Source of the DNA: Thermoplasmatota archaeon
Lineage (GTDB): Archaea; Thermoplasmatota; Thermoplasmata; Thermoplasmatales; ARK-15
Assembly (NCBI GenBank): GCA_031961865.1
Contig: JAVRLB010000002.1
Span: 1 to 53,970, forward strand
Length of the DNA: 53,970 bases
Reading direction: 5' to 3'
Part shown: piece after piece, positions 47,102 through 53,970 of the stretch
Layout of the letters: each line of letters begins with the position of its first letter
Position numbering within the stretch: position 1 is the first letter of the stretch
Translations under genes and position numbers: made by a program
Notes under the pieces: generated by a model
The model's database searches: none
Seen by the model: the letters and a program-made list of their open reading frames with translations, nothing else
Told to the model about the DNA's origin: nothing

Positions 47102-48773
47102 AATAGACTATATTAATCGCGTAGTGCGTGAACATTTTACAGTTTATGATGCTAAAGTGTATCCAGATCATTTAGAGTTTCATATTATCTCTGCTGATAA
47201 CAAAGATTTACTTTACAAAAACTTCAATGATTTATGGTCAGAGTTAAAAAAACAAAATTATGTACCCACACTAAACAATGTCAAAGGAGACTATGTTCTT
47301 CAGATAGTAAAAATACCTCCCAGAAAGTTCAGCAGCATTTATATTAACATAGGGCTATTGATCGCAACGATAATATCGACCGTAATTGTAGGTATGCAGA
47401 ATTATGCTGGATATTTTAACATTTCCAACATGTGGGCAATTAATGTATTCGTTGGTGGCACTATATTTTTTGCGGTACCGTTAATGTTAATATTAGGACT
47501 TCATGAAATGGGCCATTATTTTGCAGCAAAAAAGCATAATGTTGCTGCGTCATTGCCATTTTTCATACCGGCACCTACAATAATCGGAACACTCGGAGCA
47601 TTTATATCGCTCAGAGAACCTATTCCGAACAAGAGAGCGCTTTTGGACATTGGCATAGCAGGACCTATTGTGGGGTTCCTGGTAGCAATACCTATCGCAA
47701 TAATAGGCATGTGGCTGGGCCATATATATCCTCCGCCAAGCGTGGACTATTCAACCGTTATGATACTTCAGATGCCTATACTTTATAATTTTATCAATCT
47801 GTTTTATCCATTCAGCAGCACCATGTTCCCTATGGCGTTTGCTGCATGGGTGGGATTTCTGGTAACCGCCATAAATTTATTTCCAATCGGGCAGCTGGAT
47901 GGAGGCCATATAGCAAAAGCATTGTTAGGAGACTACTCAAGATATGTAAGCTATGTATTTATAGTCATAATGCTGATACTGGGCATATACTATACTGGCT
48001 GGCTCATTTTTGCGCTGTTTGTACTGATACTGGGATTAAGACATCCACCATCACTGAATGAAATCTCTAAGATCGGAGGAAAAAGAGTGGTGGCGGGGGC
48101 ACTGGCATTCGTTCTTTTAATTGTCACTTTCTCTCCTGTGCCAATTTCTGAAGTATACTTGCAAGAACAGTTCAATATCAATTCCGCCACTCATGATTAC
48201 CAAATGGTACAGAATGTGCAGGATCAGATATATCCTGTGCTGAACATCACTAACACCGGACAGAAGATGATAAATGTTTCAGTTTCAGTATCGAATACAG
48301 ACCACTTTAACATAATTTATCCATCGGTACTGCATAACATTTCGATGCGAAGTACACGCTCTTTAATGCTGAATATTTCGCTTACCAATCAATCTGTGGC
48401 AGAAACAGGCTATGTTTATGTAACTGTAGTCACTTTGCTGGAGAAAGTATCAAAAGAGTATACGTTAAATGTCACAGTTTATAACCAGTCCAAGTATTTG
48501 AGATGGAGCCAGAACAGTATATATAGCAATGTAAACACCAGCATAGTTCTATCTTTAACAAATACGGGCAATATTACAGAATATATCTGGCAGATTAACA
48601 GCACTAAAAGCTATAACGTGTCTTATAATGCCACAATTGTAGCCGGCCGAATACTTATTTCTCCAGACAGGTCTGTAATATTTAAATTTATGTTCTATGC
48701 CACCGGCACATATTATCTGTATGCAATAGATCAAAACAGCAATGTGGCCATAGTGACTGTTAACATAACATAA
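47085..48773 (+). CDS. M50 (site-2 protease family) membrane metalloprotease with a C-terminal extracellular N-glycosylation-sequon-rich domain
   Basis: HEMGH zinc motif and NLFPIGQLDGGH second motif. Multiple TM helices. The last roughly 190 aa are non-hydrophobic and carry 13 N-x-S/T sequons by my count. 17-nt overlap with alaS. Confidence 0.85.
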   Translation: MNETDEIDYINRVVREHFTVYDAKVYPDHLEFHIISADNKDLLYKNFNDLWSELKKQNYVPTLNNVKGDYVLQIVKIPPRKFSSIYINIGLLIATIISTVIVGMQNYAGYFNISNMWAINVFVGGTIFFAVPLMLILGLHEMGHYFAAKKHNVAASLPFFIPAPTIIGTLGAFISLREPIPNKRALLDIGIAGPIVGFLVAIPIAIIGMWLGHIYPPPSVDYSTVMILQMPILYNFINLFYPFSSTMFPMAFAAWVGFLVTAINLFPIGQLDGGHIAKALLGDYSRYVSYVFIVIMLILGIYYTGWLIFALFVLILGLRHPPSLNEISKIGGKRVVAGALAFVLLIVTFSPVPISEVYLQEQFNINSATHDYQMVQNVQDQIYPVLNITNTGQKMINVSVSVSNTDHFNIIYPSVLHNISMRSTRSLMLNISLTNQSVAETGYVYVTVVTLLEKVSKEYTLNVTVYNQSKYLRWSQNSIYSNVNTSIVLSLTNTGNITEYIWQINSTKSYNVSYNATIVAGRILISPDRSVIFKFMFYATGTYYLYAIDQNSNVAIVTVNIT

Positions 48774-48804
48774 ATTTGATAAACTAGCAGTTAATAAACT
48801 ATTT

Positions 48805-48863
48805 TGCCACTATGATGAATCTGTATCTGCTGAACGGTGATGAAAGACAGGCGATCTGAGTGG
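48805..48863 (+). ncRNA. Box C/D sRNA (dual guide)
   Basis: GCCAC-T-ATGATGA(C)-11 nt-CTGA(D')-ACGG-TGATGA(C')-12 nt-CTGA(D)-GTGGC. Perfect 5-bp terminal stem, 59 nt, located in a convergent intergenic gap. Confidence 0.8.
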
Positions 48864-48946
48864 CATTTATCTATCTATGATAAATCAAAGAAATCTGCAC
48901 TATCTTTTTTCAATGTTAATTCCGAGCGTAGGCAAACTTGTATATA

Positions 48947-48979
48947 CCTGTAAAAAAACAGGCCTGTTTCGAAAAAATT
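48947..48979 (-). terminator. Candidate terminator of the hsp20-regulator operon: small hairpin or palindrome plus T6 and T7 runs on the minus strand
   Basis: The minus strand reads AATTTTTTCGAAACAGGCCTGTTTTTTTACAGG, starting about 10 nt after the stop. AAACAGGCCTGTTT is a 14-nt palindrome. Confidence 0.4.
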
Positions 48980-48988
48980 ACCACTACT

Positions 48989-49432
48989 TCAATGAGAATC
49001 TTTTAGAAACTTTAAGATACTATTTTTTCTGGAAATAAGCTCTGCTAATTTTTTGTTAAGCTGCTCGATCTCTCTGTCAATTTCTTCAATTTCCTCTCTG
49101 AAATTCACAGGCTCTGCAAAATCTTCAGAGTCAAGATCGAGCTTTTCAGTATTTATCTCGAACATGTTCTGCGTCAATACTATTGTTAAGAAAACATTGT
49201 CTCCGATCTTATATTTTTTTCGTGAAGCTCCAAGCTCACTTTTTTCAAGGCCTTTACATTTAATAATATTCAGTTTTTCTAAAAGTTCCAGGTTTTTCAT
49301 TATTGCCTGCTGAGATAATTTCAAATCTTTAGAAAGTTGAAACGCGTACTGATCACCTTCAATAAGGCGTTTCAATATTTCTCTTCTTGTCTTATTTTCG
49401 AATGCTTGCAGTAAGATATCTTCGTATTCCAT
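48989..49432 (-). CDS. ArsR-like winged-helix regulator with C-terminal coiled coil (candidate heat-shock regulator)
   Basis: 147 aa. NKTRREILKRLIEGDQYAFQLSKDLKLSQQAIMKNLELLEKLNII wHTH. C-terminal EEIEEIDREIEQLNKKLAELISRKN. Starts 18 nt downstream of hsp20. Confidence 0.7.
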   Translation of the reverse strand: MEYEDILLQAFENKTRREILKRLIEGDQYAFQLSKDLKLSQQAIMKNLELLEKLNIIKCKGLEKSELGASRKKYKIGDNVFLTIVLTQNMFEINTEKLDLDSEDFAEPVNFREEIEEIDREIEQLNKKLAELISRKNSILKFLKDSH

Positions 49433-49450
49433 AAAAAATAAAAGAAAATT

Positions 49451-49984
49451 TTAATCTATCTTAATTTTCTTTCCTTTTCCGCCCTCTTCTTTTAACCTTG
49501 GAAGAGTAATGTCCAGTATGCCATTCTTATATGCTGCCTTTACTTCGTCGGTCTTGATCTTTGCAGAGAGCTCAACCTCTTTATGATATTTTCTGTCAGG
49601 GGTATTAACATCGATTAAGACTGATTGCTCATTTAACTGTATGTCTATGTTATCTTTTTCTATGCCTGGAAGCTCTACCGTGATGTATATGTTTTTATCA
49701 TCTTCCGTAACATCCGTCAATGGCTCTCTATATTCTAGCTGTTTTGGCCCATATCCTTTAGGAACATTTCCAAACTCCTGGAATTCAGGCTTTCCGTCTG
49801 GCCCCATCTTGAAACTAAACCCATAAACGAAGGATTTATCAGGATCTAAATTGCTCTTGCTTAACTCTTCCCAGATCTTGTTGAACCTAGACTCCCATCT
49901 CCTAATCTCTTCGTCAAAATCATCAAAGAACCCATAGTAATCCCAATCCTCATCATCTTCATTCTTTCTTTTCCTTATAACCAT
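49451..49984 (-). CDS. hsp20: Small heat-shock protein (Hsp20 / alpha-crystallin domain)
   Basis: DVTEDDKNIYITVELPGIEKDNIDI ... AAYKNGILDITLPR. The ORF-track start at 49993 is a GTG inside the GGTGA SD. The ATG at 49984 is likely. Confidence 0.88.
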   Translation of the reverse strand: MVIRKRKNEDDEDWDYYGFFDDFDEEIRRWESRFNKIWEELSKSNLDPDKSFVYGFSFKMGPDGKPEFQEFGNVPKGYGPKQLEYREPLTDVTEDDKNIYITVELPGIEKDNIDIQLNEQSVLIDVNTPDRKYHKEVELSAKIKTDEVKAAYKNGILDITLPRLKEEGGKGKKIKID

Positions 49985-50001
49985 TTTTATCACCTCTTTA
50001 T

Positions 50002-50030
50002 TTAACCTTTGGTTATCAACTAAAGGTTAA
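50002..50030. promoter_or_regulatory. Inverted repeat TTAACCTTT-N11-AAAGGTTAA between the hsp20 TATA box and its SD (candidate operator)
   Basis: Perfect 9-bp arms, read directly. Spans the position where a TSS is expected, about 25 nt downstream of the TATA. Confidence 0.5.
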
Positions 50031-50040
50031 TAACTACTAA

Positions 50041-50048
50041 TATATAAA
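50041..50048 (-). promoter_or_regulatory. TATA box TTTATATA (minus strand) with purine-rich BRE-like AGAAAAG upstream; hsp20 promoter
   Basis: Read directly. About 57 nt upstream of the hsp20 ATG. Confidence 0.45.
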
Positions 50049-50129
50049 CTTTTCTAATGACTGTTATATAGCTCAACAAAACCTCGTTTTTTAAAAAATT
50101 ATATATAATAATAGCTTATATGAGCTTTA

Positions 50130-50822
50130 ATGAAATTGCCACTGATAATAGTTAACTTTAAGATTTACAGAGAGTCTATAGGCAAAAATGCGTATAATCT
50201 GGCAAAGATGATAGAGCATGTAGCAATTGAGAGAGACTCGGAAATAGCTATAGCTCCTGATTTTTTAGACTTAGCTAAAATCAAAGATATTGTTGATATT
50301 CCTGTTTTTGCTCAACATGCAGACGCTGTTGAATTAGGAGGTCATACTGGCCATGTTACTATCGAAATTTTAAAAGAGTATGATATAGATGGTCTCATAA
50401 TAAACCATTCTGAAAAAAGATTAAATTTTGCGGACATAGAGTATCTAGTAACCAATTCTAGAAATTATGGGCTCATATCAATTTTGTGCACTAACAATAT
50501 TGAAACTACTGTTGCTGGCGCAGCTTTAAAACCTGATTTTCTAGCAATAGAGCCACCTGAATTAATTGGTGGAGACATATCTGTATCTAAAGCCAAACCT
50601 GAGATCATAATGAACTCTGTAAAACAATCTAAAAAGATTAATAACGCAGTAAAGATCCTTGCAGGCGCAGGTATTAAAGATAAACTAGATTCTAAAAAAG
50701 CCTTGGAACTTGGAGCAGATGGAGTATTAATAGCCTCTGGCATTGTAAAATCTAAAGACCCGATAAAATCACTGAACGACATTATTGACGGTTTTATGGA
50801 GGCAAAGTATGGTGAAAGATAA
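50130..50822 (+). CDS. tpiA: Triosephosphate isomerase, archaeal short type
   Basis: 230 aa. IIVNFKIY, INHSEKR and EPPELIGG motifs. Confidence 0.9.
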   Translation: MKLPLIIVNFKIYRESIGKNAYNLAKMIEHVAIERDSEIAIAPDFLDLAKIKDIVDIPVFAQHADAVELGGHTGHVTIEILKEYDIDGLIINHSEKRLNFADIEYLVTNSRNYGLISILCTNNIETTVAGAALKPDFLAIEPPELIGGDISVSKAKPEIIMNSVKQSKKINNAVKILAGAGIKDKLDSKKALELGADGVLIASGIVKSKDPIKSLNDIIDGFMEAKYGER

Positions 50823-51135
50823 AGAAGAACTAGAATTTGTAGAGCCGGAATTCAATGAAAAAGAATTTTTAATGGGAGAAATTCAAAAAGGTAAAGCTAC
50901 AATCGTGGTATTTTTGCTTGGTTTAGGCATCGGATTTTTATCAGGGTATCTTGAATATTTGGGTCTTGGTGTATTATCGGTATTGCTAGGATTTGCAGCA
51001 ATATTTTTGATCAACCCGTTATATAACTCTCTGAACATCAAGACGGATCGTAGAACCAAAACCATAAATATTTTCATATATCTAATACTATGGATTACTT
51101 TCTGGATCGTGTCTTTAAATCCACCATTCTTTTAA
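50809..51135 (+). CDS. Hypothetical small membrane protein
   Basis: Three hydrophobic helices. The ORF-track TTG start at 50785 is replaced by the ATG at 50809 (MVKDKEEL), which overlaps the tpiA end by 14 nt. Confidence 0.5.
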   Translation: MVKDKEELEFVEPEFNEKEFLMGEIQKGKATIVVFLLGLGIGFLSGYLEYLGLGVLSVLLGFAAIFLINPLYNSLNIKTDRRTKTINIFIYLILWITFWIVSLNPPFF

Positions 51136-51154
51136 TCTTAGCTAAAAACTTTGA

Positions 51155-51421
51155 CTATGTAAAATAAGTGGCTTTGTCTTCTTCACTTTTCTTTACTTCT
51201 TCCTTTAAATCCAAGATATCTACTGCTGATATTGCATTGACCATTATTATTCTCATTTTTCCTTTGAGTTCTTTATGGGATTCATCAAGTGTTATGACCA
51301 TTGCCAAATCCTCTCCAATTGATATAAATTTTTCGAACGTTCCCGATGTTTTCTCTAGCTCTGAATGGTCAGAAACAATATATACTACACATTTAGATCC
51401 ACTCGTAATATTGTTTATCAT
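51155..51421 (-). CDS. Hypothetical 88-aa protein (possibly a small beta-barrel / Sm-like fold)
   Basis: ATGA overlap with the upstream wHTH gene. The beta-rich pattern VVYIVSD...GTFEKFISIGEDLAMVITLDE...MRIIMVNAISAVDIL is followed by an acidic tail. The fold guess is weak. Confidence 0.45.
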   Translation of the reverse strand: MINNITSGSKCVVYIVSDHSELEKTSGTFEKFISIGEDLAMVITLDESHKELKGKMRIIMVNAISAVDILDLKEEVKKSEEDKATYFT

Positions 51422-51855
51422 TTATTTTCCTCCATTAATGATTGTATATGCTGTACTGTCCTATTATAATTGTCAATTGCTAGTTTTAAATTTGCTTCCA
51501 CGAATACCCATGCTTTGCTGAAATTTTCATATCTCAGCTTATATCGTTTATATTTCCCATCCTGAGTAGTTTCTAAAAGATCCATGTTCCTTATTTTATT
51601 AAGATGCCTGTACAAAGTGGGCCTAGAAATACCTAACTCGCTCATCAGCTCTTCTGGTGACCACTCTTTTTTGGGATGCATCAAAAAACAGTTTTTAAAA
51701 AGCATATATGGTATGCTGTTCTTCAATTCTTGAGCCTTGTCATATGTATCTATTTCCTGCAAATATCCAATATCAGATAGAAAATTTATCAGTACCGTAT
51801 CCAGATCCTTCTCATCTGTTAATCCTCTTGATAAACAGACTTTAATTTCAAACAT
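51418..51855 (-). CDS. Winged-helix DNA-binding protein
   Basis: SPEELMSELGISRPTLYRHLNKIRNMDLLETTQDGKYKRYKL. The ORF-track first codon is TTG, and the adjacent ATG at 51855 is likely. AAGGTG SD. Confidence 0.65.
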   Translation of the reverse strand: MFEIKVCLSRGLTDEKDLDTVLINFLSDIGYLQEIDTYDKAQELKNSIPYMLFKNCFLMHPKKEWSPEELMSELGISRPTLYRHLNKIRNMDLLETTQDGKYKRYKLRYENFSKAWVFVEANLKLAIDNYNRTVQHIQSLMEENK

Positions 51856-52131
51856 CAAATTACACCTTTTTAGATCAACTATATAAAAACAAAGTTATAT
51901 ATTTTTTGTTTGTAAAATTTCTAAAATTTTCGGCGATAATTTAGATCATTGTAACGTTTATATTTTATCTGATGTTTACTTTTAAATGAGTTACAGGTAG
52001 ATCATGATATATATTTTGAGAATTAATAGAACTTTCATACATTCAAATAAGGAAAAAAGATTATGGGAACAGGTAAAAAACAATTGAAAGAACCGTCTGT
52101 TTTTATTTATTGCCTCATAAAATTATAGATA

Positions 52132-53910
52132 CTAAAATATTTTTGACTCTTTTTTGGCAGTTATAATCTGTGTGATCTCTTCAGACAATATTGCTGATTT
52201 TACAGCCAGATAAAATATTATGACAGCCATGATAATCAGCAATATAATACTGTACCAAACGTTTAATACTCCATACTTATGCAAATATATAAGTAAAAAT
52301 ACAGACAGTATATATGGTATGATCCAGTATCCTGCTTTCAAGTGCATTTTATATTTACCTTTTACCATTTTGTATGCAAATAAATAGGATGTAACCATGA
52401 ATATAACTAATAGTGCATAAGATAGATAGAAAGATATCATATTAGCTATCGAAATATAAGCGTAAAATATAAACAAAGCTACAATTAAAAAAGTGGTTAA
52501 ATAATGTATTTTATTCAATGCTTTAAGAAATATCGGAGAAAGCAGCATAATAACAAATAGAATATATGTAACATCTCTCATAACTGTAAATCCAGTAGAA
52601 AATAGTAGAACTGAAATAACAACAAAAGAAAGTGGGGCTATTACCTTGGCAAACGGTATTTTAAAAGGCCTGTATAACTCTTTGGCCTTGGCTCTTAATG
52701 TATATAATACAGGCCCGCTAGTTAAGAATATCAATAATATGAAACCTGTAAAAAGTGCTAAAATCTTGTAAATTGAAATTTGTAGTATCAGTAGAATTAT
52801 TGAAAGTAATGACATTGCAACAAGACTGATGATAGGAGTATTATATTTTTTAGTAACTTTTAAGAATGGATAGGGAAAATAATTTTCATATGCCATACCA
52901 TATAGCGCCCTGCCACCTACAAGATTAAATATCAGCCCTGTTATAAATGGTGCGATTATTACGAGGATTGATAAAAACAATAAGATGACATTCACTGCCG
53001 GAATGCTATTAGAAAATAATATCCTTAGAGGATTAGCACCCGTACTGGAAAACTGAAGAGCAGACCATAATCCAGAGTAGTTGCCGTGAGAAATATAAAA
53101 ACTGGAATTTATATTATATGCAGTCCAGTTAATAGCTCCTATGAAAGCGATCTGTAAAATAAAATAGATGATGATTACAAAAAATATAGAATAAATTATA
53201 GCTCTGGGAATGTTTTTTTGTGGATCTTTTATTTCTTCAGAAAAAAACAAGATTGATTCAAATCCCATTAACGCAAAAAAGACCATACTCAAAGAGGAAA
53301 GTGATATAAAGCTAGTAACACCATTTGGAAAGAATCCTCCATAAGAGTAAAAATTAGATGGATGAAATGCAAATAGCAACAGTATTATTATCAGAATGAT
53401 CAACAATAATACCTTTAAAACTGTAAAAATATTATTTAATATCAGTGTTAAACTAATATTAAAATAATTTATAGCAAAAAATAAGAGTATTATCAATGCC
53501 GCAATTAGAGTCCCCAAGACTGAAAGTTCAAGTGTCGTTGCACTGATTATTAATCCAGGAAAATAAATGGATAGAAATATAACTATAGCTCTTGCCTCTA
53601 TCATAGGGGTCATTGCGACGGCAATAAGGTATGAGACCCCAAATAGATATCCCAAAAAATTTCCATATGCAAAAGTAGGATATCTCACAAACGCACTTTT
53701 TTGTGGAAGTTCTGAACCTACTTCTGCGTATGTTATCGCAATAATTAATAACATCACTCCTGTGAATAGCCATGTATAAATTGAGGATGGTCCCGCATTT
53801 GAAGCCAATAAAGTTGGTAAATAAACCCAACCAGTTCCGATAATAGCACCTATCGATATAAAAAATATGCTCCAAAATCCCAACTTTTTATCAGAACTAT
53901 TTTTAAACAT
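52132..53910 (-). CDS. APC-superfamily amino acid/polyamine permease with extra C-terminal TM helices
   Basis: 592 aa, entirely polytopic. N-terminus KLGFWSIFFISIGAIIGTGW is typical of APC transporters. Confidence 0.75.
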   Translation of the reverse strand: MFKNSSDKKLGFWSIFFISIGAIIGTGWVYLPTLLASNAGPSSIYTWLFTGVMLLIIAITYAEVGSELPQKSAFVRYPTFAYGNFLGYLFGVSYLIAVAMTPMIEARAIVIFLSIYFPGLIISATTLELSVLGTLIAALIILLFFAINYFNISLTLILNNIFTVLKVLLLIILIIILLLFAFHPSNFYSYGGFFPNGVTSFISLSSLSMVFFALMGFESILFFSEEIKDPQKNIPRAIIYSIFFVIIIYFILQIAFIGAINWTAYNINSSFYISHGNYSGLWSALQFSSTGANPLRILFSNSIPAVNVILLFLSILVIIAPFITGLIFNLVGGRALYGMAYENYFPYPFLKVTKKYNTPIISLVAMSLLSIILLILQISIYKILALFTGFILLIFLTSGPVLYTLRAKAKELYRPFKIPFAKVIAPLSFVVISVLLFSTGFTVMRDVTYILFVIMLLSPIFLKALNKIHYLTTFLIVALFIFYAYISIANMISFYLSYALLVIFMVTSYLFAYKMVKGKYKMHLKAGYWIIPYILSVFLLIYLHKYGVLNVWYSIILLIIMAVIIFYLAVKSAILSEEITQIITAKKESKIF

Positions 53911-53970
53911 CTAAAAATTAATATAAAATTACAATATTTAAAGGTTATCATAATTTTTTTTAAATAGAGA

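Noticed and set aside
52063-52128. 21-codon ORF (MGTGKKQLKEPSVFIYCLIKL) with a weak AAGGAA upstream, in the gap before the permease 3' end
   Set aside because: Too short to support from sequence alone, and there is no conservation information.
1-53970. CRISPR arrays, IS elements or transposases, and recognisable defence genes (cas, restriction-modification, Argonaute, abortive-infection ATPases)
   Set aside because: I found no regularly spaced direct repeats and no transposase, integrase or cas-like ORFs. Every long ORF is accounted for by housekeeping families or small hypotheticals.

Overview
AT-rich, very gene-dense (about 90% coding) chromosomal window from an archaeon. Diagnostic genes are the ribosomal proteins L19e, L32e and S4e, a thermosome, archaeal-type adenylate kinase, Cbf5 and RNase P protein subunits. 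The gene order (SUI1 and Rpp29 inside the ribosomal-protein cluster) looks euryarchaeal or Thermoplasmata-like, but I cannot name the taxon without a search.

Layout:
- 1-15941 (minus strand): the complete L3-to-SecY ribosomal-protein superoperon, followed by adk, a DUF106 insertase, cmk and cbf5. That is 29 genes. They include a 53-aa zinc-ribbon S14 that the ORF track missed.
- 17.5-26.7 kb (minus strand): folP, a MarC-type membrane protein, then one tightly packed seven-gene block, porGDAB-iorAB plus a geranylgeranyl-reductase-like flavoprotein.
- 26.8-54 kb: mixed housekeeping genes. These are a bacterial-type queA, an Lrp-TRASH regulator, prefoldin beta with Pcc1, peroxiredoxin, an NMNAT / ArsA-like / COG1058 operon, an HD phosphohydrolase, thermosome, sucCD, Pop5, a TtuA-like tRNA thiolase, a CoADR/Nox-type flavoprotein, alaS, an M50 protease, an hsp20-regulator operon, tpiA and an APC permease.
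- Three tRNA genes, none encoding CCA: Val-CAC, Leu-TAA and His-GTG (with an encoded G-1).

I found no CRISPR array, IS element, integrase or obvious defence island, so I cannot point to a clear-cut novel multi-gene system.

The observations I rate highest are:
- an unannotated canonical dual-guide box C/D sRNA at 48805-48863;
- a 9-bp inverted-repeat operator over the predicted hsp20 promoter, with a co-transcribed wHTH gene;
- a bacterial-type QueA in an archaeal context;
- the OFOR-IOR-GGR-like operon;
- an RmlD-like SDR lacking the catalytic Tyr, translationally coupled to a hydrolase;
- a degenerate ArsA-like ATPase embedded in an NAD-salvage operon;
- an M50 protease with a sequon-dense extracellular domain.

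Many ORF-track starts are artefacts: a GTG or TTG inside or near the GGTGA Shine-Dalgarno was taken as the start. I corrected these to the downstream ATG.

All functional calls come from reading motifs by eye. No database search, GC calculation or structure prediction was run.
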